Positions 30,201-44,056 are shown, numbered from the stretch's first letter. The stretch: 64,000 nt of DNA from Tubulanus polymorphus (GCF_964204645.1 NC_134031.1:20653910-20717909); one strand, 5' to 3'. Notes: generated by a model not told the origin, from the sequence alone. A program made the numbers and translations.

Positions 30201-33200
30201 CTGATTTGTTACCGGCTATCCACACGGCTGTATATGGACGCCTGATTCTGTAATTATATAAGTCACTTTTCGACTTCTCTAAGCGAGTCTCCTGTATTTA
30301 ATAATCGCACTTTCTTGCAAAAAGATTCGTATGAAACCTCGTAAATTTCTTTACCGGTGATTTGGAAATGCAAAATAAATTCATTCATTCAATCTAACGA
30401 TTGTTGATCAGAGAACTTGTATGTACGAAATTCTTAATATAAATTACGTATTTCTATGTTCTGTCACCCAGGCACGTATAGTCTTTAACTTCAGATTCGT
30501 GTTCTAATTCGTGTTCTACAGGGTAGATAGGCCGGTAGATAGATAGATAGCCGGTCGGGTCAACTATTAAGCTCAGCAGAAAAGAGAACAGAGAAAAGAG
30601 GTATCAATTTTTCAGCCTCAAGTCATTCAACAGTATTCTTTTCACCGCGGATATAGTGATCTACCGGTCCATACGCCATTACGCTTATCAATACTATCAG
30701 GGAAGTGTAATAGTCCTTTCTGAAATATCGGAGATTGCAGCAACATGAAAATAATCGTACATCCGGTGAACATAAAACCAACATGTAAGTTTGTCGATAT
30801 AACGAACAACACTGCGGACCGATGGATGTCAGAAACATGTGCTAATTAAGCATTCGAAATGCGACAAAATCGCCGCGGCAGCGAGCAATATGTTCAGGTA
30901 ATGTCTAATTGGCAGCTGTCTCCGAAAAACATCCGAATCGTACAGTTTCCAACTAACAATTTGTTGCAGCTTTGTCAATTATGAGACCGCTTAAGGGAAG
31001 GTACAGCGTGCAGATTTTGACCACACGTCCCGGTAAAACCCCTGCGCAACCGGCCCTTCGGTTGTTACGTTCAGAACGGGATTGTGCAATCACCGATTAG
31101 AAATTCTGAGTTGAAACGTGCGCATCATGCCTCTAGGCGCATCATGCCTCTAGGCGCACTATACAAAATTCGGCGAAAGTGCTGTATGTTATTGCCCTGC
31201 AGAAACTTTATTATGCGAAATATGTATTTCTGCTTTTTCGACAAAAACAGTAACAGCAATTTCTATGCGTCTTCTGAGCGAAAGTCGATTAGCCGATGAT
31301 CATTAGCTTAGTCTGTCAAAGGCTTAAGACAATTTTAAGGCTCTGTTTCATAAAAAGGATCAATTCTTAAAACTGTGATTCGTCTGAATCGATAAGGCTA
31401 AGACTGATCGTTTAAATGAAACTGGGCCCAGGTTGATTTCATATTTCTTTGTCGATTCGATCACCGCTCGCGTAATTTGGTACCAAATTCCACGGATATG
31501 AACTTATTCCAATGTTTAAGGTCTGGACTGTAGATTCGAAACTGCAGAGCGAGTTGTATACACTTGTACTCGTTGGTTCTCGTATCTCGGTTAGACGGGC
31601 ACCGAATTGAAGCAATAGGTTTGTGTGTTTATATATTTCAATGAATATCTGAGCTTATGAGATGCCTGCAATTGTTCCCCTAATATGAGACTCGAGGCGG
31701 TGGGTTCATAGGAAATCATATATATCCGATGATAAATTAGATTCGCCTTTGAATTGCTGCTAACGAGCTATCGATCGATTAAACTGTAAAATCTGTAAAT
31801 ACACTTTACCGACTACAGGAGTCGGTGAAATGCTAAATGTGTGAATGACCTAACGAACAAACAGAGACCAAACAGGATCAATATTTTGTAGGGTGAATAT
31901 AACAGCTAGTTCATGGCGGGAGACGTTAATTTGAAATTCAGAACTCGATATATCAGAAGTGTAAACCTACTCGGATCGGTGTACGGTACGTGAGGTATTC
32001 GTGCGCCGCTATAAGCATTTGGTTCAAAATCATCCAAAATCCGAATTTAGTTTATTTTTTTGTACAAAATTATACACCAAATGATGCACGAATTTACAAT
32101 CAATTTGGAATCACCAGTGTGAGTGATAAGGTCGCAAACAAAAAATGGTATGGATATCATATGTGTGCTGGGTTAGTTTCAAATTAGATTCATTTTAAAC
32201 GTCCTGTCTTCGTGACGACCGATAATTAGTCGGACTCGTGGTATCTTGCTCTGGAGTATAGGATACCGTTTGCACGATTTGCGGTTTCGATTATCCCGAT
32301 AACGATAGATGCGTCAAATACTGTTTTCGATTACTTGCTGTTATAGATGTGTGACAAGAAGGGTCGTACTCTCGTGCGCAGTGTGCGACGAAGACACTCA
32401 ATAGACGCTCGTATCTGGAAAGTGTAATATGGATACCTCCACACATTTTCCCAAAACAAAATGGAGCCAGTTGACAGTGTAGTTGTGTGGGTAACACGTA
32501 ATCAAGTTTCAATTCAATCTAGAATTTCGATATGAGTAGCGGGATCATAATCCAATACAGTGTAACCATGGACCCGATATAGTGTATAATCAACAGCTCG
32601 TATCGTGGGTTGGACTCCAGTCGATTCACATGTCACAATATGTATATGTATAATCTACGTATTTGGACTCCACAACCCAGTACAACAGTTCAATGAGTCA
32701 GAAATGAAGAAACATGTCTCTATTTACTGAATTTAAGTTAAAACTGAGGCCTTGGGTCCCGGTGGTCTGATGTATTGGCTCTCCGAAGTATAGAATGGTT
32801 GAAAATTAACTAAAATTAGCTGATCAATATCGGACATTTTCCTCATCTGCCAATTCAAATAATTTTCTAATCAGTTCGAGTTAAGATCGATCGACCCTTG
32901 GTGATGCTGATTGAGTCAAAGATCTTACAATACGCTATAATTCAAACACATTGAGAAATGACTGCCGAGAGACTCGAACAAACAGCGCATTCCGATCGGT
33001 GCGCCGAATTCGGAGCAGTCTCAAGCAGCGCACTTCACCTACCACGCACACTTTTTACCGGGGAAGAAATCTATTTTGCCGACGACGAAAACAGGGGCGT
33101 CGCACGCATTCAATTTATGAGTATTGTATCGGTGTTATTGAATTCATCAGTGGCCTGTGAAGTTCGTCCGAAACAAAATTGAACTCCTGCTCCGGCTAAT

Positions 33201-36200
33201 GACGACCATTTATGGCGAATATTGCAGTCGCGTCAGATGGAAAATGCACTTTTCTTTTTGCAAGGGTTTTTTTGTTAACCCTTTATAGGCGACGCGTCTA
33301 GGCGTATTACATGCGAGCTCGGTGAGGAAGTAAAGAGTTAAAACGCGAGATCCGCGATGTAAATTTCCGATGGGTTATAAATATATCAAGTAAAATTCGT
33401 TTTTATTCCTTTTTTGCTTTTATCGAAATAAAACGGAATATAGAGTTAATAACGACGGTCTTTCTTGTTTTTATTTCTTACACGTTTCAATGAAACTTTT
33501 CTCTTAAATAAATCAATTACTAATGAACAACTTCAGATAGAAAAGTGAATTTCATGATTATCTGGTGGGTCCTATGGTAATTTATAGATCCGGGTGCTGT
33601 CGCCACGCCATCTGGAGGGATAGCCGATGTGGCAGTGTGTCTTCAAAATGAGATCCTCGCTTGGTTGCCTCAATATGTTGCTATTTTCAGCATGAATTAG
33701 GATGGCAATAAATGTGTGCAGGTATGTTTTTCAGACACGTAGGTTCCTAACGGGGCGGCACCGACAATATCTAATATCAAGGCGTGCGGAGCGATTGCAA
33801 AGATCAGGTAAACAGACGATCGCGGAAACTTTTTTCAGGTTTCGTGTATTCGGTGGCAGTGGTATGATTAATGCGCCGTGCGGCGGTATGTCCGTCAAAA
33901 TACCCGGTCGAGTTTTTTTTCGGGTGGCGCCGAGCGTTCGTGCGATGTTTTCGATATTTTCCACGCCAAGCGTTATCCAAAACAAACACCGTTTTCACGG
34001 CTGAAAATGACGATTTTGACGTCGCGTCGATATTGGCACAAACGATTCCGACCGAGCGTGTTTTAAGCTAAAACAAACACAGCGCCGATGATAGGCGCAT
34101 TACGAGCCATAAATGAAACTGGGAATTCTCTCGCTGTATCTCGTCAAATCTCGCAGATGACGTCATACGCTAGATACGGTCGTTGGTTTTAATTATTTTG
34201 CCGAATCCCGCGAGGTTTCTGAAAAGGGATGATAAACTCGCCGACAAAACTGAGCAGAAACACAGACGGATGTTCAATGTACATTGTGTGTAGTCAAATT
34301 TTAACGAGAAACGCCTCGTGATTTTCTTACCAAGGTTTGCGGTAAAATCGTCTAGATGTATTTCAAATTTCGCCGCAAATCCACACTTAAGATCAATAGG
34401 ATTTATTCGACAGTACGCCCATATCATATACACCGATTGCGTAGTTACAGTGGCCGAGTGGTTTAAGCCGCCGGTCACTGGTCTTGTCATATCAGGTCCA
34501 CGGGTTCGAATACTGGTGGCAGCTGAGTTTCTATGTATTTCCCCATTTGGGTAAACGGTGATTTTCGAATCCGTTAATGCTGAGAATTTTTACAAACATG
34601 GCCATTCAACTTTTTTCTATTTGAATTTTGTAGCAGCTGTACGGCCACGTCAGTTGGATATCGCAAATTGTATCTTGGAAAATATTTATAAGTAGAGCAT
34701 GAATTCATGTTCTGATCTCGGGACATCATTTTATATATCGTCCACGCCAACGAATCGCGTATGACGTATCAAGCTTAGTTATAAAAATCTAAAGCTATGT
34801 CTGGATTTACATCGTCTGGCCGAGATCCGAGTCGGTATAGAATTTCGCTATAGATCGCGTTGTTTGGTCGAAACAGCGAACAAACGCGGTATTACATCTT
34901 AAAACGGTAATCGATAAATATTTTTTTCCGGCGTTGCTGATACTCCATTATCGGATGGAGATTTCAGAATTTCGTGGAGGGACAATTTATCGCGGCGAAG
35001 ACCGTTTCAACCAGATATAGATGACAACGAAAATCATTAATTCGTCATCGTTCTGTTGAACCAATATTTCCAATCATGTCGATTACTTCGATTTAAAAGA
35101 AAAGAGTTGAAATTCGACCGATCACCCGACTATGTAATGTACTTCGATTCCCGATTTCAAAATCAAAATCAAACCTGTTGCATTTCTAAGCATTTTACCT
35201 GACGATAGTCTCTAGAGAGAGAGGGGGGGGGAGTCCAAAACGTCGCGTCATTTTAATATTTGTAGCATTTGATCTGTAAATAGTGAGTTTTATCATAAAA
35301 CTAGTTTCATTCCCGGCACAAAATTCAAATCAAATGAAATCGAACAAACAAACAAAACCAGTTCAATCCCTATTTCAAGATTTGAAAAAACGGTCAATTT
35401 CAGGATTCGAATGCAAGCTACTTGCGACGTCAGGTGTGAATGCTTTTTTACAGGAATTGAAAAATCGTTTGATGAAAAATCTGCTAATCGAAAATATTTC
35501 ATCCCTCATTTTGTGGGTGTTGTGTAGAGCGCGTTTCGGGCAGTCAGTATCAACCCGTATTGACGACGGCGACACGAGACTGATTACTTAGCGTGTTTTT
35601 CCAACGCCTGCTTTTAATAAGCTATCCGCGACCACACATCGTTACAAGTAACCGCGGGGCGAGAATCGATCTTCATCATCGCAATGTTGACAGAAGAACA
35701 TATTGCGCCGGGCGAATTCTGTTCCGTTTATGAATCCGAATCTCACGAGCACGCCAATAACCTATCAACCGCTGCCAATAAGAAATAAGAAAAGGAACAG
35801 TTGTATCGGCGTTTAGACGAGACGCCCTTGATGTTGGACCGGGTCCAGACATTCCATATCCAGCAGCAATCTTTGTGATGATTCCTATATGTGTATTGAA
35901 AGATGGTTGATATTACAGCCTGGATTGCTGATCGCAGATAGAACCACCATATATTAATCATATGCGTGTTAATCAATTAGAGTGAACACCAGATGGCGTG
36001 CCCATCAGTAGGACATTCTCATTGGAACTTTACTTTTCGATTTTAGCCTCCATCGTCCAAGACGATAGACAAATCACGTCTTCTAGATGAACTCAGATGT
36101 CATTTCGGTTAATATGTGGCACGATTTCATTCGGCATTCAAAGTATTTGAGAAAATTCGAATGAAAATCCGAGAAAAATATCCAGTCTTAAAGCCACGAC

Positions 36201-39200
36201 ACGGGGAAACACTGAATGAGAACATGTTTCTGTCCCAAGTTACACGATTGTCTCATCTGGTAGATCCTCACTTGCCACAGGTCACAGGGGCTGGTATTTG
36301 ATGTTCGGGCTTTTTACATATATGCAGTACCTGGGATATTTGATTATCTAAGCTACTATCTACCCCCCCCCCCCCCCGACACGGGGGGGGGGCATCTTAG
36401 GGAAATAGCATCTCGGTAGTCGCTTACATCAATGTCCAGAAACTCTCATTTCAAACAGATACGTTGAAATATGAATAATGAAGACGATATCGGCGCGAGA
36501 TTCAGAAGCTGTAAAACCGTGTAGTAGTAAACCATCACTACGATTTATAAGAACCTTGTCAAATAAACGTACAAAGATGACAGGAAGCCCCTGAACTTGC
36601 TGTATCGTTTACATAGCTGGCCAAACACTGGCTGATTAATATCGGGTATTTGTAGTATCCGAATAAAACGGCAATCGATCAGAGCATTACAATAGCAGGT
36701 CCGACAAAATATTCTAGATTAGGACCGTCAGCAGGGGTGAATGTGAGAAGTTTAAAATAGCTACTTTTCATCACGATGAGGAATTTCCAACGCTACTGTG
36801 GCAATCGAGGATCTACTAATGGCGAGTGAGGATCCGCCAGGTTCGCTAGTAGTTACTCGGTCTTGGGCGTTCAATTTCGGTTAAATTCGAATGGAGTTTT
36901 CTCTTGAATAAATCAATTAACAATGAAGACTATACCGATCTGGGTAGAAAAAAATGGATTGAATGTATATTTGGTGACGGGTCCTGTGATAATGTATGGA
37001 TTCGGGAGTCTAAAAACTCAGTTCTAAATTGATTGAAAATGAACTGAAAACGTAGCTGATGTCGCGGTTTCCCGTTTACTGGCATATACGAATCGACACC
37101 GTCAAAATTAGTTTGGTTTCAATCAATTCAAAGATACCCGAAGCCGTATGTCCTCGCACACGGTGCGTAGAGTTTTCGTTGATAACTGATTTACCTTAAG
37201 AGAAATGTTTATTCGATTTCAACTGAAATGCTCAAGAAATTGAACGTGCAAATTACTACAGTGGACCTGGTGGAGGTCGTTACTTACCACAAGTGGAATC
37301 CTCAATTGCCACAGTAGCGTTCCCTACTAGTCCACGCCATCCTCGCTTGCCAGGGTTTTGATTGCCTCACGCCAACACAAACCCTGGGCTAAAATCCTTC
37401 ATTGGTCTATCATGTTGCCCAAGGTTGCCCTGGGGTTGGCGTGAGCCTCGGCGGGAGGCAAACAAACGTTGGCAAGCGAGGGCGATGGTCCACGCTAAAT
37501 TGCAGGGGCTTAGTGCATCCATCATCCACTACTACGACGGATCAAAACTGTGTAGTATCAATAAAACAAATGAAATGAACACATTTTCCATGAACCCCCA
37601 GATCACCGTTAGGTCAAACCTATTTTCTATTTAATGAACTTTTATATTGGAATGTACTATGAGATTATTCCAGAATTATTCGCATCATTATAATAATATT
37701 GTAAAAGTAAATTTTATTTCCAGAGTCGAATCTCATCGAAACTTTCGGAATTAGATTGCGAGTAATTGTGAAAATCTTATATAAAATGGCGACGTGCAAT
37801 AGTTTGAAAAATAATCATCAAACATGTAAGGAAAAGCAATTAAATAGGGAACTAATAGGGAACTAACAGGGAACTAATAGGGAACTAATAGGGAACTAAT
37901 AGAGAACTAACAGGGAACTTAGTCGATCGAAAGAAATACATCTTCATCCATGTATACATATCTATATATCTAATTCAATTTCTTCATATTATGTTATGAT
38001 ATCAAATGTAAAACAGTCTCGAAATTCAAAGACATCAATTCAGAAACAAAAAGCGTTCAGTCTCACTGTTCAAACTAAACTCTAAACAGGACACACTACA
38101 CACGACCTTTACGAAAGTCGAACGCCTTACGCGTATTAAATGCTTCGAAGAAAAATAGAAATTTGAAAGATATTATTTTCAATGAATAAAACAGCGCCAA
38201 GATATGAAAACACACAATATATGATTAATAGTATGGCAATGATTAAACTTCGGGCGACGACGCTTCAAAAACTTGAGAGTTTCAATCGTGAAACGAATTT
38301 GTTTTGAAATGAGAAATATTTTTCTTGCGTAAGAATCTGTAATCGTGACGTAATTTGCATCAATACTTTGATAAGCAAAGCAAACCGTTAACTATTTATT
38401 AATTTATATCTGCTAATTGCGATCATAAACGTTAACGTTTGTACGTCATTTGCATTAGTATATCGATGCAAAGCAACGACAAAAGGGGAAATTAAAAATC
38501 GGTATTTTTTTGTGTTCCGATGAAATAACGATTTCGCTTTTAGCGCGCGGAACAATGTTAGGGATGACGTTTATGAAATTAGTTAATTACCTGAGCTGCT
38601 AACATCCTGGTTGAATTGTCCCAGAAGATTTGTGGAGTTTTGCGCCCCACCTGGATCCTCTGTCGTCATCTTATTTGTAAATCCAGTTACTTTCGTAGTT
38701 ATATTATCGCATTCCTTGATCGAAGCGCTGTTAGTATTTAATCCTGTATTTATTTGTTCGCCGATATTAGCATTATTTTTCGGCGATTTTAACCGGAAGT
38801 TGACGCTCTTTTTTTCTTGTTTTCCGCGTTTTTTTATCTCGTCGAAAACCATATAAATCTCAACACGGCGCTGATTCGTTTCGGGAACTAAGCTTTCCAA
38901 CTTTTTAATGCTACCCAGCGAAAAGCAGCCGGCAGTCGTCTGCGCTGTGAGAACTTGCAGACGATCCAACGCGTCGATGATTGTGTCTACGAGCGTTTTG
39001 TGGCGTTCTTCCAACGTAAACGTAGTAGCGTTCGCGTTTTTACGGCGGTCACAGACGAAAGCAGCATTAGACGCAGCAGCAGCAGCAGCATCGGTGGCGA
39101 CGGGTTCGTCTGAAAGATTCGGTCCGAACTCCCTGTCGCCATCATCGCCACCACGGAACCGTTCAGCGGCTTGATTCCGCTCTGAAGCGGTGCCGCGCGT

Positions 39201-39248
39201 ACAATTCGTTGTCATGGTAACGTAGATAATCATAGCCCACAACCTCAT
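3202..39248 (-). CDS. Uncharacterised single-pass type I membrane protein, ~345 aa, 4 coding exons: 39248-38591, 15640-15535, 4037-3914, 3351-3202
   Basis: All junctions are GT-AG and phases match: TCA G|gtaatt..tatag|GT (phase 1), CG|gtacgt..acacag|G (phase 2), CAG|gtaatt..gtacag|GAC (phase 0). The protein reads MRLWAMIIYVTMTTNCTRG (signal-like), a ~200-aa ectodomain, TM helix IMVISTCSTVIGLFFIVAAIM, basic stop-transfer RVRNYLKRQR, and a cytoplasmic tail ending NRFWTDV*. Extra small exons inside the 23-kb and 11.5-kb introns cannot be excluded. Confidence 0.75.
3621..3693 (+). pseudogene. tRNA-Arg(ACG) pseudogene
   Basis: 73 nt: GGACTTGTGGCGCAATGGATAACGCG-catgaacACGggtcaga-TGATTCCAGGTTCGAATCCTGG-aaaactcg. 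The D and T arms match eukaryotic tRNA-Arg(ACG), but the acceptor and anticodon stems carry several mismatches. It lies antisense within the last intron of the membrane-protein gene. Confidence 0.75.
4295..4356 (-). mobile_element. tRNA-derived SINE-like fragment
   Basis: Minus strand GTGGCGAATGATAAGAGCG ... GTGGGTTCGAACCCGG; degenerate anticodon region. Confidence 0.45.
4633..5418. mobile_element. Non-autonomous DNA transposon with TTAA target duplication (Kolobok-like termini)
   Basis: TTAA|AGACACTATAG ... CTATAGTGTTT|TTAA: an 11-bp inverted terminus (10/11 match) flanked by TTAA on both sides; no coding capacity. Confidence 0.5.
7370..7465 (+). repeat. Degenerate hexamer repeat (GCTGAT/GCCGAT/GCCGGT)
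   Basis: Directly visible; it explains the low-complexity ORF at 7356-7547. Confidence 0.9.
10954..11105 (+). repeat. Dispersed repeat; inverted partner at ~19030-19198
   Basis: GGGCGAACTTCGGTTAT..TATTTGCGAA..GTGAAACCGAAT..GTTAGTC..TTCCAAGATGGC recurs reverse-complemented at 19030-19198. A related palindromic copy lies at ~58955-59083. Confidence 0.65.
15954..16218 (+). repeat. Minisatellite, 44-bp unit x ~6
   Basis: TTGATAACCCAGGCCACAGTACAGGCTCGTCTCAGAGTAACAGA starts at 15961, 16005, 16049, 16093, 16137 and 16181; units are essentially identical with no spacers. Confidence 0.97.
20662..20759 (+). repeat. 48-bp tandem duplication
   Basis: TGTCTATAAATCAGTCGCAYTAAAGACTTTATCTCACCTCAAATGGAC twice, with 1 mismatch. 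Confidence 0.93.
24259..24356 (-). mobile_element. tRNA-derived SINE-like head followed by TTAGGG repeats
   Basis: The minus strand reads A-box-like TAGGCTAGTGG, then B-box GGTTCGAGTCC, then tagggttagagcgtactagggttagggttaggg. Confidence 0.55.
24896..25179 (+). repeat. Compound CACCT/CAC simple repeat
   Basis: ~280 bp of cacctcac/cacacct variants; it explains ORF 24815-25219. Confidence 0.93.
34446..34527 (+). mobile_element. tRNA-derived SINE-like fragment
   Basis: A-box TGGCCGAGTGG and B-box GGTTCGAATAC at tRNA-like spacing; no intact cloverleaf. Confidence 0.5.
36790..37322. mobile_element. TIR element of a dispersed family (ACTGTGGCAAGYGAGGATCC); other termini at ~16767, ~36258, ~42528, ~62996
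   Basis: AACGCTACTGTGGCAATCGAGGAT at the left end and ATCCTCAATTGCCACAGTAGCGTT at the right end. Confidence 0.55.
37336..37490. mobile_element. Palindromic MITE (related ends at ~47873 and ~59081)
   Basis: CCATCCTCGCTTGCCA...TGCCTCACGCCAAC ... GTTGGCGTGAG...TGGCAAGCGAGGGCGATGG. Confidence 0.6.
37843..37919 (+). repeat. 11-bp tandem repeat (AATAGGGAACT) x ~7
   Basis: Directly visible, with aac/aat variants. Confidence 0.92.
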
Positions 39249-42200
39249 GCTGCCAGGCAGACAGAAACCTCTCCTGAAACAATTAGGCAAAAATAAAAAC
39301 AAAGTTTCGACGATTATCGCAAAAACAAACAGCGTAAATTACGTCGTAAAAGCTTGACGTATTAATGTTTGCGGTGAGATTATTTCTAAGATCCCACGCG
39401 ACAAGTAAGATGTATTTCGTCCATGTATCCACAAACAAAATGCGACCGGTTCGTTATTAGATTCAAAACAATACACGACACCTTCATTCACGAATAAACG
39501 AATGTTTACGAATTTTCGAATTAAAACTTTGTTATTAACAATCAAACCTTTTCGCTTTCACAGATGAACTTTCCGATTTCGGTTTTGAAATTTGTATTTG
39601 AGCTGCCGCGCACAAGATACAAGTTGACACGTAGATTAGCCGACAAATAAGACTTGTCAAGTTGTCCAGTATATATATGTATGCTACGCCTAGCAGCTTG
39701 TAGTTGGTTAATTATTACCGGAACCTCATTTACGTCAACGGAAACCGCTGGGTGTGTATCTAAGGGTATTTGCTTATATCCAAGGGCCTTTGCTTATAGA
39801 TATACAACTATTAGCGTCGTTAAGAAGATACATTAATATTCAACTTTAACCTTGTCACAAATTACGACTTACGTGTATATTATGCCGATATTATTTTGTT
39901 TGTCTTGGTGACTTGTACATGTCGAAAAATGCTAAAAAAATTCTTGCTAATTTCAGCGATCTAAGGAAAAAAAACCGCCAATCATTGGGAATTCATCCCA
40001 TGTCTCAATGTCTCATACCTTAGTATGAAAATAAGTATGAATCATATCATCTCATTGATATCAAATTCATCAGCATTGAAAATGTCCATTCAAGGTTTCA
40101 AATACTAACGCCTAAAACATCATGTATTTCTAACTGTAAATATGTGTTTATTTTTAGAGAATCTTTCAGTTGAAAAAATTGAAAATCGAAACTGTCCTTT
40201 TAAGAGCAAACGGTAGTGATTTTTGAGTAGATCACCGACAGCATTCGCTTATCGAATATCGATTATTTCGGCGATAGTAAAACGGGACATGCTTCTAGAA
40301 TCACAAGAGACAACAATATATAACAATTCACTTAAACAGGGGTGGATTTAGGGGGTGGTTTCGGGGGTCCAGACCCTGCCTTCCCACTGACACAAGACAA
40401 AGATGAGCGTTAAAGGTTGCAAACTTTACGCTCATCCTTTTGGAAATTCCATATCCTCGGGTTTGATGTATATTTTTCCAAACACATCTAAGGTTAAAAA
40501 AGAAGGTATCAATTCATTCAGCCTATGACCGAGGGAAGCATCCGTTAGCCAATGACGTGACTGCTTCATCTGAAAAATGCCTTTCCTTTTGTCTTGAACC
40601 CCTGGGCTGGGTTTCATAGATGTGAAAGAAAGATAGTCTCTGGGAATATTTCGAAATTCGTCAGTTATAACCATGGTTTCTCATTGTTACTATGGTGGTT
40701 GTCACCCAAATTGAGGATTTACCCCTAGGGTTAACTTTGATACCAGTCTATGAAATCGGGCCCTGCTTTCTAAATTTCCTAGAACTACTCAAGTTTACGT
40801 GGAAATGAATTCTATAACGTTACCTATACGTATGCATTCGAAGTAACAAAGCGGGTATGACTGAATACACGCTGTGTGGTTGACCAGGTTGCGACATGTA
40901 ATACGAAATCGTTGTTTGGTGTAGATTTCACGGGGCTAATAATAAATCTATCGATATTACCGCGAGATTATCGTGTAGTATCATCGTCGTCATTTTCATG
41001 TTGCTGACGGACTCAACGCGCGCGTATCTATAACCGGCGTTAACCGTTAGTACTGATCACAGCGCTGAATACGTGGTCAGCCTACAGCTATTTCATTTTC
41101 CTATCGATATTACAAGATGGTTATCCAAGGTCGCCAATTAAAGGCTCGTACATACTCATGAGATTTTATCGTCAAATTTAGCGCATAGCCTATATATAGA
41201 GTTATATTGTACAGTCGAGACGACCCCAATACGGCTGCGTGTAGCTCGTCGTCGTGACTTTCAGGGGTGGATTTATGGGGAGCACTGGGACACGTGTTCC
41301 CCGCTAAGAGTGTCAGGAAATTACTCCGGACCAACCTTTTTAGCACATTGTACTGTGTCTTGAAATATATTCTATCTTTAAGAAAAACAGAGTTCTCGCA
41401 AAGGATTCAGATGATCTCAAATACTGCGTATTTTGACTGAACAGAGAGTTACAAACACCCAAAATTCTAGAAAGGGTGATTTTTAGCTAGCTGTTTTTTT
41501 TCTCTGTTGGTGCAAATATAAATATGTTGTTAAGAAAAATTCGATGCTACAAAAACTATCTCATTAATTTCTGTTGTTTTTTGCTCAAAGTGGGTAGTTG
41601 TGTATTACGTATCATAACTTCAAGATGCCTCTAAAATGCATCTAGCGGGATTCAATTTTTCAAAATATATTCTGCAGGCGATCGCCCAGACTCCCTCAAC
41701 CGGACAGTGACCATACACAGGCTCAAGCAGCTTGGAAAAAAGGAGCGAATAAGATTCTATGATTTCCCTAGAATAAAAAAACACGAATGACATCATATAG
41801 GTGAATCGTGATTATCTGATATTCACTATTGTCATCTGCGGCTATATGGAATGCACTCGAGATTGACTCCTAACACGAGATCGGGCTAAACAAAGATCGA
41901 CACGAATTGCAATCATAGTAAATAACCGCGATGATGTTTATGCTATTGCTCGGATTACGAGAGAAACCTTATATAATAATATAATATAATTTATTTCCAT
42001 CGTTATGTCATACATGATTATCTAACATTTAGGAATACACAATGTTTTTACATACATAAGATTCTTTTTGATTCGATGGTCAGATTTAATTCACTGAATA
42101 CCATCGTGACATCTATCTTCTATACGGAGCATATTAAACATCGTGTGATCAAAATGGGAAAACTACGAAACGACGAAGGTAATTTGTCGAAAGCGTTAGA

Positions 42201-43889
42201 ATCATTTGTTTGCGTATAATCATAGTTGGATGATTTAACGTGTGAAAATAAGAAGAATGAATTGCGGCAATAGGATACCGGCACTTCACAAAACATCGGG
42301 TCATTCGTAGTGAAAATCAGTTCATTTTCATGTTTAGAAATTTGATTTTTAGGCTTCCAAATCTTAGAATTATCAAACAAGTCGAATAGATGCAAGATTG
42401 CCTTTCAGTGTTTGTATAGAATTCACGAAAAATTTATTTACTGATCAGAAAGCTTTTAAAAGAATTCATTTGAAATTTAGAAGAAATTGAAGCGCGGTAA
42501 CCCAGCAGTGTCACTAGCGATCCTAGCGGGAATCCTTGCTTGCCACAGTAGCATTGCCAGTATCTCATTCCTATTCATGTGATCTTGTAAACGCATTTTG
42601 TTCATGATTTATACGTGTGTGACAAATAAACTAAACTATTCTGAGACCGACTATTTCATGTATGCATCAGTAGCATTAATGTTCATTGTATGCCTTCGCA
42701 GCGGTGCATTCACCATGATTGGTTTAAACATCTTAGTTTACCGAACCGTACACGTTACATGCGAGCATTTGGGAATTAGGAGTCTTACAAAATGAAACAT
42801 TAATATTTCATCAACTGAATGTTGTTTTGTATTTTTGACTTTCTACCTCGAGGGATTCTAATTCCGTAATGAAATTCTATATATGAATACAGAGCAGGTA
42901 TATTATATTACTGCCTGGATCCGCGCCATGTGACATTCGATACCTTAACACCATTCTACCATTTTTTGTAAATCACCCGTGTTCGGGCCCATCCTTTACT
43001 CGGACATTCTATCATTCGAAATGGTCTAGCAAATGCACTACCGTCAGACATAAGACATTTTACCATAACAGTTTCGAAATGTGATCATCAAGACTTTATA
43101 CTAAAAAGGGTAAATGTGAATGTCCAATTATGGGTGTTTCCAGGTGTAAATTGATACCTGCATAAAGAGAGTGAGTCCACTGCCTTTGGTGATAACTGCC
43201 GCTAATTCTTACCTCTCGAATATCCTATTTACTGATAATACATGTGTAAATCGACGCCGATGACGCAGTAAGTTTTACTGATGAATCAGATAATTGGAGT
43301 ACTTGCAGATGAATTTGGAATGGAAGCTTCATTGGATGTTCTTCAATTTCCGATTTTAAAATCAATCCCCTGTTTCGTTCTGTGATGGAAACAAAATTGA
43401 AATCAAAATTAATCCATCAAATAAATATGAAGGAAAATTCTTAAAACTATACACAATTCCCCTCTCACCATTATCTCAACGCTTAAGTATTCGCTGGCAT
43501 CATATTTTCCAAAAGGGTTCAAATTATTATATTATCCTCAAGCATCAGAATTTTAACTGTTGTGTTATCGCACCCAAAGTATATTCTACAACTCGTCGGA
43601 ACTAACTGGAGACAATGAACGACCACGTGTTCATATCTAAACTAATACATTTATGATCACAATGTTTATTCTCTTTGCTCAGACTCGCTTTACACAATAC
43701 AGAGTTAACCATTTTAAAATGTATGTAGAACTCAGGACAAGTTCGACTTCTTCAATGACTGATATCAGTAGCCGTATACAACCAACCGCCATCATCTCCG
43801 CCTAGTGCCAGATTCTTTACGACAACGGCTCATTTGTATGTTATCTTGGAAATGGTAAAATCTCCCGATTTACCGCCAAACTATATCGA

Positions 43890-44056
43890 GAATCCCACAA
43901 AGACGAACAAATAATTAAGTCCGAAAAATGTTTCCTTGAGCTGGTGTAGATTATTCAACGTTTAGACTTAATACTGATAGTCATCTTCAGGAATACTGTC
44001 GGGACGTTGAATAAACTACACAAGCTCTTTTCTATTTTCTCGTCTTTGTGGGATTC
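43890..44056. mobile_element. Fold-back MITE
   Basis: GAATCCCACAAAGACGA ... TCGTCTTTGTGGGATTC, plus inner arms GAGCTGGTGTAGATTATTCAACGT / ACGTTGAATAAACTACACAAGCTC. Confidence 0.7.

Noticed and set aside
33702-34071. Cluster of overlapping ORFs in five frames
   Set aside because: Locally GC/CpG-rich DNA with few stops, no recognisable motif and no phase-compatible splice sites; more likely regulatory sequence.
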